Shown here piece after piece: positions 9,394 to 19,551 of a DNA stretch of 64,000 nucleotides (position 1 is its first letter; each line of letters begins with the position of its first letter). Below the pieces are notes generated by a model. The model saw only the letters and a list, made by a program, of their open reading frames with translations, made no database searches and had not been told where the DNA came from. The stretch spans positions 64,001 to 128,000 of the IMG/VR virus record IMGVR_UViG_3300026097_001223. One strand, written 5' to 3'. Made by a program: the position numbers and the translations under genes. Origin of the DNA: a virus.

Positions 9394-9981
9394 ATGTTTA
9401 ATGCAGATATTGACATTGATCTACCTGATAGACAAAAATTGTTGGATTTAATTTGGCATGTATCAGCCCGTCAAGAAAAAACCGATCAAGGAGTAAAGCA
9501 TCGCAGTGGTGTGTATGTTACTGATGTGCCTTATGATGCTTTTAACGACTGTGCTAGCATAGACTATCACGAAGCAGAAGATCGCGGTTACATAAAACTG
9601 GATCTGTTAAACATGAGTGTGTACGAAATGGTTCGCGATCCTGGGCACTATGCACAACTGGTCAGTCAAGAGCCAGACTGGGCACTGCTTGACAATTTAG
9701 AATTCACTCAGCAGGTTGTGCATATTGGTAATCACTGGAATACGCTACAACGCATGCCAGAGCCAGTGAATAGTATTCCTAGAATGGCTGCATTTATCAG
9801 TATAATAAGACCCGGTAAGGCACATTTGCAAGGCAAGAGCTGGGCCGAAGTGTTTGCTAGTGTGTGGGACGGAGATGAAAGTCGTGGTTACACTTTTAAG
9901 AAAAGTCATGCCATTGGCTACGCAAAATTAGTAGCATTGCATATTAATCTATTAAAGGAGAAGCTATGTACAAGTTCTTGA
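9394..9981 (+). CDS. dnaE: Minimal DNA polymerase III alpha (DnaE)-like catalytic core
   Basis: ADIDIDL, KHRSGVYV, GYIKLDLL, IIRPG and GYTFKKSHAIGYA match the DnaE palm/finger motifs in order, in only 195 aa. Confidence 0.8.
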   Translation: MFNADIDIDLPDRQKLLDLIWHVSARQEKTDQGVKHRSGVYVTDVPYDAFNDCASIDYHEAEDRGYIKLDLLNMSVYEMVRDPGHYAQLVSQEPDWALLDNLEFTQQVVHIGNHWNTLQRMPEPVNSIPRMAAFISIIRPGKAHLQGKSWAEVFASVWDGDESRGYTFKKSHAIGYAKLVALHINLLKEKLCTSS

Positions 9982-10097
9982 AAAAGTTATTCGGCATTGA
10001 GAAAGCACCAAATTCACAGCAAACATTGTCTAACACATTGGTGGCGCATATTGACAAAGCTGGACGCGGTCCAACTGCACCAAACAAGCTAAGTTAA
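9966..10097 (+). CDS. 43-aa small protein with amphipathic N-terminus (not in ORF track)
   Basis: SD AAGGAG at about 9955-9960. Translation MYKFLKKLFGIEKAPNSQQTLSNTLVAHIDKAGRGPTAPNKLS*. Confidence 0.5.
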   Translation: MYKFLKKLFGIEKAPNSQQTLSNTLVAHIDKAGRGPTAPNKLS

Positions 10098-10466
10098 TTT
10101 TTTAACCAAGGTTATGCTTTTGCGTTTGGTGCGTTTTTTATGCAAGTCACTGAGTCTGCACACTGGACCGTGCAGTATTTCGAGATCTTTGTTTGCAACA
10201 GTTTTGACGTAGGGCCTGAAATACTCCCAATCTCGTTTTAGGAAAATGTTTATTGGAATCATCCGATTGCTTTCCCACCACCACTGCATGGCCAGCTCTA
10301 GATACAGCACACGGATTTCCTGATCGGGAATAGCACCGTAATCATAAAAAGTGGTATGTGTTGTATCGTGATTGCTGACAATACCCACGTATTCGTTTCC
10401 GGCGTATCTCAACACTGTTAGAAATGGATATTTTTGTCCGAGCTTGTCGTAATAAGTACTATTCAT
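10089..10466 (-). CDS. Hypothetical protein
   Basis: 125-aa ORF, basic C-terminus, no competing long + strand ORF. Confidence 0.7.
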   Translation of the reverse strand: MNSTYYDKLGQKYPFLTVLRYAGNEYVGIVSNHDTTHTTFYDYGAIPDQEIRVLYLELAMQWWWESNRMIPINIFLKRDWEYFRPYVKTVANKDLEILHGPVCRLSDLHKKRTKRKSITLVKKLT

Positions 10467-10490
10467 AAATAAATTGGAAGCGTATTAAAC

Positions 10491-11234
10491 ATGTATTCAA
10501 CACAGGCGTATTTATATCATCAACGCAGTCGGGTAATTATACTTGACACCACCATTGCGTCTGTAACAAGAAGGTATAGAAAGGTGTACTCAAAAAAACT
10601 ATCTCTAAGTCGTGGCACAGACAATGTAATTTTGTTTGAGTTTTTAAATCAAGATCAAAAACCAGTAAACATATCTGGAAGCACATTGACTTTTAGATTG
10701 ATTTCACAGGACGGCAGTCGTGTGCTACTAGCGCAAGACATGGTTACGCTAAATGCCGCACAAGGTCTGGCTAAAATTACTGTCAGTGAACAACAGTTGG
10801 ATCTCATTGATGCACAGGTTGCAAACTACAGTGTTGAAAGAACCAGTGGCATACTCAGTGAACCTACCTATGTCGACGATGATGCTAGTGCAAGAGGCTA
10901 TTGCAACATAGTAGACAGTGTATATCCAGATTTTGTTGCTAGCACCAGTATTACTATACCTGATCAAGCAGGCAACTCTCCTGCGTACACCAGCTCGTTT
11001 CAAACTGAAACAGATGTTCTCACACTCAGCATAACACCCAGTGATTTTACCGGCAACGTACAACCGCAAGGTGCAACCAACGACACAGACGACCTATGGT
11101 ATGACATCGGTAATGCCATAGCATTCAACAACAGCAATACCACTGTGGGCATAAACATAACTGGTTATCATCCTTATATACGGTTAGCAGTAAACACAGA
11201 CTCTGGTAACATTTCACAAATACTTTATCGATAG
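10491..11234 (+). CDS. Probable virion structural protein (BppU-like N-terminal beta sandwich)
   Basis: TAAATA at 10466-10471. S/T/N-rich beta composition. KPVNISGSTLTF...GLAKIT pattern. Confidence 0.55.
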   Translation: MYSTQAYLYHQRSRVIILDTTIASVTRRYRKVYSKKLSLSRGTDNVILFEFLNQDQKPVNISGSTLTFRLISQDGSRVLLAQDMVTLNAAQGLAKITVSEQQLDLIDAQVANYSVERTSGILSEPTYVDDDASARGYCNIVDSVYPDFVASTSITIPDQAGNSPAYTSSFQTETDVLTLSITPSDFTGNVQPQGATNDTDDLWYDIGNAIAFNNSNTTVGINITGYHPYIRLAVNTDSGNISQILYR

Positions 11235-11267
11235 ACAACTGTTATAAATTAATGTAACATATAGTTT

Positions 11268-12236
11268 ATGGATATAGTTCAATATCTCCCTGGCAAGCGA
11301 CGACAGACCACCAGTGGTTGGATCAGTTTCAACGCGGTGTGCTGTCAACACAATGGCGAAAATGTTGACAAACGCGGTCGCGGCGGTGTAAAAACTGATG
11401 GGGAAAATTGGACCTATCATTGTTTCAACTGTGGATTCAAAGCCAGTTTTGTACTAGGACGCAGTGTAAGCTACAGAGCTAGAAAACTGCTAGGTTGGCT
11501 GGGTGTAGACAGCAAAGATATTGAACTTCTGAGCTTGGAAAGCCTGCGCCACCGGAGCATCACTGACCTGGCACAACCACTTAGTGGACCACGATTGCCA
11601 GAGTTCGACGATCGTGCATTGCCCCAGTCAGCAGTGGCACTGGATCCAGAGTTGCATTTGGAACAGTATCAATACTTACAAGCAAGACACATTGACATTG
11701 ACAGCTATCCGTTTTTGGTAACTCCCAATGATCCTGGCAGAAGCAGTCATCGAGTGTTAATACCATTTACATTGAATCATCGCATAGTGGGCTATACCAG
11801 TAGATTTCTCGATGATAAAACTCCTAAGTATATCAGTGAACAACAAACTGGGTATGTGTTTGGGCTGGATCTACAAATGCCAGACTGGCAGTATATGATT
11901 GTCACAGAAGGTGTGTTTGATGCTATCAGCATCAGCGGTGTAGCAACACTGCACAACAAAATTGGCAAGGATCAGGCAGCATTGATCAAACAACAGCATC
12001 GTCGAGTTATTGTGGTCCCTGATCGCGACAGTGCTGGCTTAAACATGATAGACAGTGCTGTCGAACACGGCTTTGGTGTAAGCATTCCGCAATGGCCCGA
12101 AGGATGCAAAGACATAAACGATGCAGTGTGTGCACAAGGTGCTACAGCCACTATTTTGGGTATTGTAAAGAACGCAATGTACAATCGGATCAAAATTGAA
12201 ATGGCAAAAAAACACATGGCAAAGCAGATAGCATGA
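11268..12236 (+). CDS. DNA primase (T4 gp61/DnaG-like)
   Basis: Zn-binding CC...HCFNCG, TOPRIM IVTEGVFDA and VPDRDSAG, CKDIND. Confidence 0.9.
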   Translation: MDIVQYLPGKRRQTTSGWISFNAVCCQHNGENVDKRGRGGVKTDGENWTYHCFNCGFKASFVLGRSVSYRARKLLGWLGVDSKDIELLSLESLRHRSITDLAQPLSGPRLPEFDDRALPQSAVALDPELHLEQYQYLQARHIDIDSYPFLVTPNDPGRSSHRVLIPFTLNHRIVGYTSRFLDDKTPKYISEQQTGYVFGLDLQMPDWQYMIVTEGVFDAISISGVATLHNKIGKDQAALIKQQHRRVIVVPDRDSAGLNMIDSAVEHGFGVSIPQWPEGCKDINDAVCAQGATATILGIVKNAMYNRIKIEMAKKHMAKQIA

Positions 12237-13330
12237 ACTGTAACTATGCTGACCAAGGATTGTACATAGGCAGTACGCCCACGGGCAGAACACAGATTGC
12301 CATGTGCTGTTGGCAGCAAAAGCAAGTAATCCATGAACCTGTGAGCATGCAACATCCGCACTTGATAGAGATGAGAAACCTAGACATGCCATCGCAGTGT
12401 AGTCCTTATTGCAGTGAACCAGGGCATGTAGCAAATGAACGGGAACGGTGTCAACAAGATCCTTGGTGGAGCACTGGTGTTAAGATTAAAAAACTGCATC
12501 TTGAGCAGAGCTTGATATGTAATCTAGCCTGTATCAGTTGTAGTACACTGTACAGCAGTCGTTGGAACCAATGGTACAGAGAATTTGTTCCTGATGCAGA
12601 TCTCATCGAACTAAAACAACAACCAGAGTCTGTGTGGCAACATCTTGATCTAACTGAAGTTGAACATGTGCACTTCACCGGTGGCGAGCCATTGCTGAAT
12701 CCTGACAATATTAAGATTTTACAACATCTAGACAGCATTGGGCAACTTGAAAACACTGCTATCAGTTACTGTACCAATGGCACAGTGATGCCAGATTCCG
12801 CATTGCTTGAACTGTGGTCCAAGGCAAAATGGACAAGATTGTTTATCAGTCTCGACGGTGTTGGCAGCACGTTTGAATACACACGCTGGCCTGCTGATTG
12901 GCACACTGTGCGCACCAACATAGAAAAGTTTAGAAGTATCTCGGGCCCTTGTATACTGCTAGAAGTAGATGCAATTGTAGGAATACACAATCTTTGGAAC
13001 ATGGCAGAATTCTATCAGTGGTGGCTGGATCACTGTCAAACTGGTAATCAAGGTGACCCTAGTCAAGTGTTTGTGCGCAGTATTGAGCCCAGCAGTTATG
13101 GAGGGCGAGTGTTAAGTTTGAAAAATTTACCAACTGAGTTGGCAGACTCGGCTAGATCAACTATACTAAGCGTAGAATCTGTTCCAGGAGCACATAGTTT
13201 GTTACAAGATATAAGTACTACACCAAGTACAGAATGGATACAGTATCTAGATAAACTGGACGAACAACGTCAATGTGATTGGCGGACAAGTTTACAAGGC
13301 CCAATAACAACCGTAGGTAGCAACACTTGA
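12233..13330 (+). CDS. Radical SAM protein with N-terminal SPASM/twitch-like Cys cluster
   Basis: CNLACISC (CxxxCxxC), TGGEPLLN, TNG, SLDG. Confidence 0.85.
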   Translation: MNCNYADQGLYIGSTPTGRTQIAMCCWQQKQVIHEPVSMQHPHLIEMRNLDMPSQCSPYCSEPGHVANERERCQQDPWWSTGVKIKKLHLEQSLICNLACISCSTLYSSRWNQWYREFVPDADLIELKQQPESVWQHLDLTEVEHVHFTGGEPLLNPDNIKILQHLDSIGQLENTAISYCTNGTVMPDSALLELWSKAKWTRLFISLDGVGSTFEYTRWPADWHTVRTNIEKFRSISGPCILLEVDAIVGIHNLWNMAEFYQWWLDHCQTGNQGDPSQVFVRSIEPSSYGGRVLSLKNLPTELADSARSTILSVESVPGAHSLLQDISTTPSTEWIQYLDKLDEQRQCDWRTSLQGPITTVGSNT

Positions 13331-14733
13331 ACCAAGACTACAGTACTGAAATACAAAAACTTTTTATTGACATTGTGTTACATGACGCACCCAGCTATGT
13401 GCGTGTCCAGAACATCTGGAATCCAGACAACTTTGACAAAAGTTTACAACCAGCGGCTGAGTTTATACAAGATCATGTAAACAATCATCAAACTATGCCA
13501 GAGCGTAATCAAATTGGAGCCGTGACCGGCTTACGTTTTCCAGAGATCACTGATCTCAACGAAGGGCACTTGGATTGGTTTTTGGGCGAGTTTGAAAAGT
13601 TTACCAAACGTCAAGAATTGGAACGTGCTATTCTCAAAAGTGCCGACTTGTTAGAGAAAGGCACATTTGACCCAGTGGAAAAATTGATCAAAGATGCTGT
13701 GCAAATCTCTCTCACCAAGGATCTTGGCTTAAACTATTTCGAAGATCCTAAAGGTCGCTTGGCAGCATTAAAAGACAACAACGGACAGAATTCAACAGGT
13801 TGGCCTGCACTGGACAAAATGTTATACGGTGGATTCAACCGAGGAGAACTACAGATCTTTGCAGGTGGATCAGGTTCAGGCAAGAGTTTGTTTATGCAGA
13901 ATCTAGCATGCAATTGGATAGAAGCAGGACTCAATGGTGTATACATTACACTGGAACTCAGTGAAGGGTTGACAGCCATGCGCATAGACAGTATGTTAAC
14001 CAATACTGCTAGTAAACAGCTATTCAAAGACATCGACACTGTGGAAATGAAAGTGAAGATGATGTCAAAGAAAAGTGGACATCTACAGATTAAGTATTTG
14101 CCCGCACAGAGCAACGTTAATGACATTCGGGCGTTTATCAAAGAACTCCAGGTAAAAACCGAAAAGCAGGTTGACTTTATGTGTGTAGACTACCTAGACC
14201 TGCTTATGCCAGTTAGTGCCAAAGTATCGCCGAACGATCAGTTTGTAAAAGACAAGTATGTTTCAGAAGAACTGCGTAATCTGGCAAAAGAATTAAACAT
14301 ACTGTTTGTAACAGCGTCGCAGTTGAACAGAGCCGCAGTAGAAGAAATTGAATTTGATCACAGCCATATCGCAGGCGGTATCTCTAAGATCAATACAGCA
14401 GACAACGTGTTTGGTATTTTCACAAGTCGTGCAATGCGAGAGCGTGGTAGATATCAGATACAGGCAATGAAAACACGTAGTTCCAGTGGTGTTGGTAATA
14501 AAGTGGATCTTGAGTTTGATATGGACAGTTTGCGTATCCGAGATCTTGGCGAAGATGCACAAGAATCCAGCAGTCCGTCGAGCAATATAATGAACAGTAT
14601 CAAAAGCAAAAGCTATGTTGATCATTCCAGTGATAACGACAACGAAGAATCAGCAGATACTGGTAAAGCGTCTGGCGAAGTCGAATCAACTAAACTTAGG
14701 AAGCTGCTTAACACTATTAAAGATTCAAGTTAA
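13327..14733 (+). CDS. dnaB: Replicative helicase (DnaB/T4 gp41-like)
   Basis: GGSGSGKS, YITLELSE, VDYLDL, TASQLNR, KTR. Confidence 0.92.
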   Translation: MNQDYSTEIQKLFIDIVLHDAPSYVRVQNIWNPDNFDKSLQPAAEFIQDHVNNHQTMPERNQIGAVTGLRFPEITDLNEGHLDWFLGEFEKFTKRQELERAILKSADLLEKGTFDPVEKLIKDAVQISLTKDLGLNYFEDPKGRLAALKDNNGQNSTGWPALDKMLYGGFNRGELQIFAGGSGSGKSLFMQNLACNWIEAGLNGVYITLELSEGLTAMRIDSMLTNTASKQLFKDIDTVEMKVKMMSKKSGHLQIKYLPAQSNVNDIRAFIKELQVKTEKQVDFMCVDYLDLLMPVSAKVSPNDQFVKDKYVSEELRNLAKELNILFVTASQLNRAAVEEIEFDHSHIAGGISKINTADNVFGIFTSRAMRERGRYQIQAMKTRSSSGVGNKVDLEFDMDSLRIRDLGEDAQESSSPSSNIMNSIKSKSYVDHSSDNDNEESADTGKASGEVESTKLRKLLNTIKDSS

Positions 14734-14736
14734 TCA

Positions 14737-15855
14737 ATGACGGATTCGGTGCACTGTCCTATTATACACGGTGGGTTGCAACTGTATTTTAAAAATACAG
14801 ACAACGCCAGTGCACTGGCAAATCACTGTTGTTTACGTGGTGATCTTTTTCCTATCACTGCCGGCGATGCAGTTTGGAATGATTCTAGACTGTGCAATCT
14901 ACGAGCTATAAATCTTAAAGAACACTGGGACCAAGGCTGTGCAAATTGCCGCAATCTTGAACGCAGTGGACTAGAAAGCTTTCGCACTGGCATGCTTCGC
15001 AAATTCGGCAAGCGCACTGACCTACCGGGTCCTCAACGACTTGACCTAATGTTTGATACCAGTTGTAATCTTGCGTGTCAAACATGTGGACCTGATGCCA
15101 GTACCACTTGGCAAAAGTATCAACTGGAACACGGTGACAGAACACAGCCTGTTGATCCAATAAACCGCTATCAAGAAGTGTCAGACACTTTAAAAAACAT
15201 AGATCTTAGCTGTTTACAACAAGTGGTATTCTGCGGCGGCGAAACACTGTTAGGCGGTGCACACTGGCAGGTAGCCGAGCTGTTAACTGAACTAGCTGAC
15301 CCGTCGAGGATCACCCTGAGCTTTCAAACCAATGGCACACAACCAATATCAAGCCGGTATTATGAATTGTGTAACAAGTTTGATCTTGTGAAACTGCATT
15401 TCAGTTTAGACGCTGTGGAAGAACAGTTTGAATATCTAAGATGGCCGGCTAGCTGGACACAGGTAACTGATAACATGTCCGAAATTAGAGATACTGCACC
15501 TGCTAACGTAATGTTTCTTGTCGAGGAAACAGTGAGCATTTTTAACTACGTGAATTTGCCTAGATTAAAAACCTGGATAAAAAACAACTTCTCCACCAAT
15601 CGAGAAGGGGATGTCACCGACCACACAAGACATCTAGCCAATGGGTTGTACAGTTTAGAAAACATGAGCAATCAATATGTGACTGCCATGCGTGAAACTC
15701 AGTACGGCAGTTTAATTCCCGACAATCATTTTGAAAACATTGCAAAAATACATTCAATGATTGGTATGATCAATGTTCATGATCGTCGTAGAAAACACGA
15801 TTGGAAAACAGTGTTTCCTGAAGTGGTTGAGCATTACAGCGATTATTTAAAATAG
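14737..15855 (+). CDS. Radical SAM protein with N-terminal SPASM/twitch-like Cys cluster
   Basis: HCPII...HCC, CNLACQTC, GGETLL, TNG, SLD. Confidence 0.85.
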   Translation: MTDSVHCPIIHGGLQLYFKNTDNASALANHCCLRGDLFPITAGDAVWNDSRLCNLRAINLKEHWDQGCANCRNLERSGLESFRTGMLRKFGKRTDLPGPQRLDLMFDTSCNLACQTCGPDASTTWQKYQLEHGDRTQPVDPINRYQEVSDTLKNIDLSCLQQVVFCGGETLLGGAHWQVAELLTELADPSRITLSFQTNGTQPISSRYYELCNKFDLVKLHFSLDAVEEQFEYLRWPASWTQVTDNMSEIRDTAPANVMFLVEETVSIFNYVNLPRLKTWIKNNFSTNREGDVTDHTRHLANGLYSLENMSNQYVTAMRETQYGSLIPDNHFENIAKIHSMIGMINVHDRRRKHDWKTVFPEVVEHYSDYLK

Positions 15856-16886
15856 TCAGCCCAGCCTGTTAGATAGTCTTCTATTCTTATGCCTTTTAAT
15901 TGATCTTGTCTTGCAATATCCTGCTTTGCATGCTCTAGTATGCTATAGTGTGGTATGCTGTCTACGCTGTGATCGAGATAGTGTATTGCATGCACTGGGT
16001 TTGTGTTTAACACTTCTGCATACATATCTGTGGTCATTACTCCTGGTCGATAGTAATCGGGTTCTTCGATGCTTTTTGCTAGATAAGGAATATCATTGTT
16101 ATCGAGCCAATCAAGAGTTTGATCAATGTAGCGAATGTTGAGATTGCTGATCATTACACTGGCACTGAGATTAGATGTTATTTGTTTATAGTAGGCAACA
16201 TTGTCTGAAAAGTCTGCCCATTTTACTGGATATCGCATGTATTCATATACCGGGCCAATACCATCCATGCTGATGCAAAGATTCAAGTTAGTAAATTGTT
16301 TCAGCAGGTTTTCTTGGTCTTGGTTAAGCTTAACCGAGGCATTCGTAACCATAGTAACAAATAGATCAGTACGTCCGGATTGTGTCAGTTTGTGCAACAC
16401 TCGCCAGTTTTGTTTTTCCAGCATTGGTTCTCCGCCTACCATGCTGAGGTATGCTATATTGTCCCAGTCTATTCCTACATCATTGATATCCTGCGTCATG
16501 TACTTTACTGGCAATCCTTCCGTGAACTGCCAGGCTGTGCTTGCTTCTGGTCCACATGTTACGCAAAGACCGTTGCAGAGATTACTGGTATACAGTTTTA
16601 ACATGTAGGTAGTTGTGTTGCCATCCACAGCATCTTCTGCTATTTTTTCTATATCTTTGTCTAACAACCAATCCATTGTGCTGTTGTGTGTTTGTCTTTC
16701 ACTGACAGCACCACGATCTTCTGCTCGCCAACAGGTGGCACATGCAGGATGACGTGCTCCATTTTTTATGCTATCCTGTACACTTGCTCGACTTGTGCCA
16801 CGAGGCCATCTACAGCATCCAATATTGTCGAAGGTCTGTCCGTCGGTTTCATAACAGTGAAAAGGAATAACGCAAAAAACATCCAT
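15843..16886 (-). CDS. Radical SAM protein with N-terminal SPASM/twitch-like Cys cluster
   Basis: FCVIPF...GCC...CATCW, CNGLCVTC, GGEPML, SMDG. Confidence 0.85.
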   Translation of the reverse strand: MDVFCVIPFHCYETDGQTFDNIGCCRWPRGTSRASVQDSIKNGARHPACATCWRAEDRGAVSERQTHNSTMDWLLDKDIEKIAEDAVDGNTTTYMLKLYTSNLCNGLCVTCGPEASTAWQFTEGLPVKYMTQDINDVGIDWDNIAYLSMVGGEPMLEKQNWRVLHKLTQSGRTDLFVTMVTNASVKLNQDQENLLKQFTNLNLCISMDGIGPVYEYMRYPVKWADFSDNVAYYKQITSNLSASVMISNLNIRYIDQTLDWLDNNDIPYLAKSIEEPDYYRPGVMTTDMYAEVLNTNPVHAIHYLDHSVDSIPHYSILEHAKQDIARQDQLKGIRIEDYLTGWADYFK

Positions 16887-16891
16887 GCGTC

Positions 16892-16897
16892 TATTTA
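16892..16897 (-). promoter_or_regulatory. Late promoter TAAATA, 5 nt before ATG
   Basis: TATTTA on + strand, CAT at 16884-16886. Confidence 0.6.
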
Positions 16898-16945
16898 ATC
16901 ATTCTATTATCATAAAATAAATACTTTAACTTGAGAACACCACCG

Positions 16946-17209
16946 ATGCAAAAACAAACAAAAAGTATACTAGAAGAACTCGAAGATCTGCATAACAATC
17001 GTTTTGCAGAAAAAGACAAACACTATGCTCTTGAATCTCGTGCTGTTAATGTATTAACCAATGTTAATAGATTTTTAGAAGGGTTAACTGAAAGTTACAC
17101 TGCCGAAGACGCTGAATATCTAGAAAGAAAATTCTACAATGCCATGAAAACCGGCGACAGCAAAAAATTTGTAAGAGCAATTAGAAGAGTAGCAGATGAC
17201 AACGAATGA
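16946..17209 (+). CDS. Small probable head-associated protein
   Basis: MQKQTKSILEEL start. TAAATA at 16918-16923. Confidence 0.6.
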   Translation: MQKQTKSILEELEDLHNNRFAEKDKHYALESRAVNVLTNVNRFLEGLTESYTAEDAEYLERKFYNAMKTGDSKKFVRAIRRVADDNE

Positions 17210-19049
17210 GCATCTACTGGAAGGTGGTAATGTCTTTAAAGACGCCTCTGGCAAACCTACTACACAGCGTATCAATCAACGCGACATTCCTCCCACGGTT
17301 AGTTGGCTAGAGAAAGTAACTGGCCTGCCTCTCATGGACACAATGCTAGGCAGTACCGGTAAAAAGCCTTCATCCGGAGACATTGACCTGGGAATTGATG
17401 CAAACACTGTTCAAAAAGACGCAGTGTACAATCGTCTAGTTACCTGGGCAAAAAACAACGATCTTGATCCCAACGAATATGTAGCTCGCACTGGCATAAG
17501 TGTACATTTTAAAACTCCAATTCGCGGAAATCCTGAGCTGGGCTTTGTGCAGGCTGATCTCATGTTTGTGCCAGACATGCGTTTTGCACAATTTATGATG
17601 ACACAAGACCCAGCCAGCGAGTACAAAGGCATGATTCGCAATGTGCTGATGAACAGTGTTGCAAAAGCCAGTGGATACAAGTTGAGCTTGGACCAAGGAT
17701 TGTTGGATCGCCAAAGCGGCAATACCATAACCAAAGATCCAGATCAGGTAGCTCAATTGCTTTTAAACAAAAATGCCAGTGCAAAAAATCTATTCAGTGT
17801 TGAAGCTATACTGCAAACATTGGCAAATGACCCAGACCGAGATGCTAAACTAGCAGATTTTCGTGGCTTTGCTGAAAAGCAAAACATACAGTTTGAAGAG
17901 GTAGATGTCGATGACGCTGTGGGCATAATGGCCAGACTAAGAGATAGAATTGTCAATCAAGGTATGGACATTATTGTTGAAGCAGAAGCTAGAATACAGC
18001 ATCCAGAAGATGACGTATTTGAAAAAGGCAGTGCCGGTGCTAGAGCCGCACTAAACGCATTAAAAACTGCGGCAGCCAAGCCAAGTTCTACGACTATCAA
18101 GTGGGACGGTAAACCTGCTATTGTGTTTGGCAGAGATGCCCAAGGCAATTTCATTCTCACTGACAAAGGCGGATTCTTAAAAACTGGTGGAACAGGTCTC
18201 GCTCGCAGTCCAGACGATCTAGCCGACTTGCTGGCTCAACGCAAAGGCGATGACAGAAGTGAACTTATTCAACAGTACAGAAATATTTGGCCATTGATTC
18301 AAAGCATTACACCGCGCAACTTAAAAGGATTTGTGCAAGCTGACTTGCTGTATGTAGGAACACCCAGCGAACGAAATGGAGAGTTTGTGTTTACGCCAAA
18401 CATAGTAACCTATTCAGTGCCAGTCGACAGTGACCTTGGACAAGGAATTGCCAACAGCAAGCTAGGACTAGCTGTGCATAGCTATATAGAAAATCCGCAG
18501 AGTGATGCAAAGCCTATCAGTCCGGATGTGCTAGCAGATAATCCAGATGTACTTGCATTAGGCAGTAGCACTGGTATTACACAAGCAGTAGAGTTAAACA
18601 CTGCTGCTGTAAAAAAAGCAGAACAGTTGTTAGGTCGATATTCTAGAGATATTGATCAATTTTTAAATCCCAACGAATTGCGAGCGCAAAAAATCACAAA
18701 CTTGCCTGCGTTGTTAAAACAGTTTATCAATGTGCGAGTACGTCAAGGCAGTTTTGACAATCTAGCACAAGGGTTTCTAGAGTGGGTAGCTACAAAAGAA
18801 ACTGCTGCAAAAGTACAAAGAATACAGCAGTGGGCTCAGCAATATCAAACAGGTTTCAAAGCTGCTATCGGCGTGTTCATGGCAATCAGTGCTATCAAAA
18901 CGGATCTTGTAAAAAAACTAGATGCCAGCGGGCCTGGTGTTAAGGCCAGCATAGACAACGAGCCTGGGCATGAAGGATATGTAGGGCACGGATACAAGTA
19001 TGTGGATCGAGCACGATTTAGCAAAGCAAACTTTGCGCAAAACATATAA
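17196..19049 (+). CDS. Pol-beta-family nucleotidyltransferase fused to RNA-ligase-like (KxDG; DUF6267-like) domain
   Basis: LGSTGKKPSSGDIDL and VQADLM (NTase). TTIKWDGKPAIVFG (ligase motif I). LLE/IVE putative prohead protease sites. Confidence 0.7.
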   Translation: MTTNEHLLEGGNVFKDASGKPTTQRINQRDIPPTVSWLEKVTGLPLMDTMLGSTGKKPSSGDIDLGIDANTVQKDAVYNRLVTWAKNNDLDPNEYVARTGISVHFKTPIRGNPELGFVQADLMFVPDMRFAQFMMTQDPASEYKGMIRNVLMNSVAKASGYKLSLDQGLLDRQSGNTITKDPDQVAQLLLNKNASAKNLFSVEAILQTLANDPDRDAKLADFRGFAEKQNIQFEEVDVDDAVGIMARLRDRIVNQGMDIIVEAEARIQHPEDDVFEKGSAGARAALNALKTAAAKPSSTTIKWDGKPAIVFGRDAQGNFILTDKGGFLKTGGTGLARSPDDLADLLAQRKGDDRSELIQQYRNIWPLIQSITPRNLKGFVQADLLYVGTPSERNGEFVFTPNIVTYSVPVDSDLGQGIANSKLGLAVHSYIENPQSDAKPISPDVLADNPDVLALGSSTGITQAVELNTAAVKKAEQLLGRYSRDIDQFLNPNELRAQKITNLPALLKQFINVRVRQGSFDNLAQGFLEWVATKETAAKVQRIQQWAQQYQTGFKAAIGVFMAISAIKTDLVKKLDASGPGVKASIDNEPGHEGYVGHGYKYVDRARFSKANFAQNI

Positions 19050-19108
19050 TTTTATATCTGTGGTAAATACAACGAGAGCTACAGCTCACCATTTAGGAGA
19101 AAAATATA

Positions 19109-19492
19109 ATGGCAACTTTTACTAAAACAAATGGTACATTGCAACCAGTTTTTGCAACAGATACTGCAGACGGTGCTATCGCCGGTGCAACAAGTCTTGC
19201 AGGCGCACCTGTAAACCTACAGGGTCCTAAGCTAGACTTCTTTACACTGACTGCTAATGCATCAGTTAACACTGCTGGTAACACAAGCGGCTACCTTACA
19301 GACGTTATCAATGCTGTTCAGCAAAAAGCAACAGTGGCTATGTATCAAGTAGACGGCACTAACATTTCATTGGGCGTATACCCAGCTGGTGCTTACACTA
19401 CAGCTACATTGCTATCAACTGCAAACGTAACCAACGCTACTTTCCAGTTAGATAGTGCACAAGACGTGGGCTTCAAGCTAGCCGACTCTTAA
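19109..19492 (+). CDS. Probable abundant virion structural/decoration protein
   Basis: A/T/G-rich 127 aa, TAAATA at about 19065, strong SD AGGAG, own terminator. Confidence 0.6.
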   Translation: MATFTKTNGTLQPVFATDTADGAIAGATSLAGAPVNLQGPKLDFFTLTANASVNTAGNTSGYLTDVINAVQQKATVAMYQVDGTNISLGVYPAGAYTTATLLSTANVTNATFQLDSAQDVGFKLADS

Positions 19493-19514
19493 TAGAGCTA
19501 GGTTACTACACGTC

Positions 19515-19546
19515 AAGCCTCGGTTTTGATAGCCGGGGCTTTTTAT
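19515..19546 (+). terminator. Rho-independent terminator
   Basis: AAGCCTCGGT...GCCGGGGCT followed by TTTTATT. Confidence 0.75.
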
Positions 19547-19551
19547 TGGCT

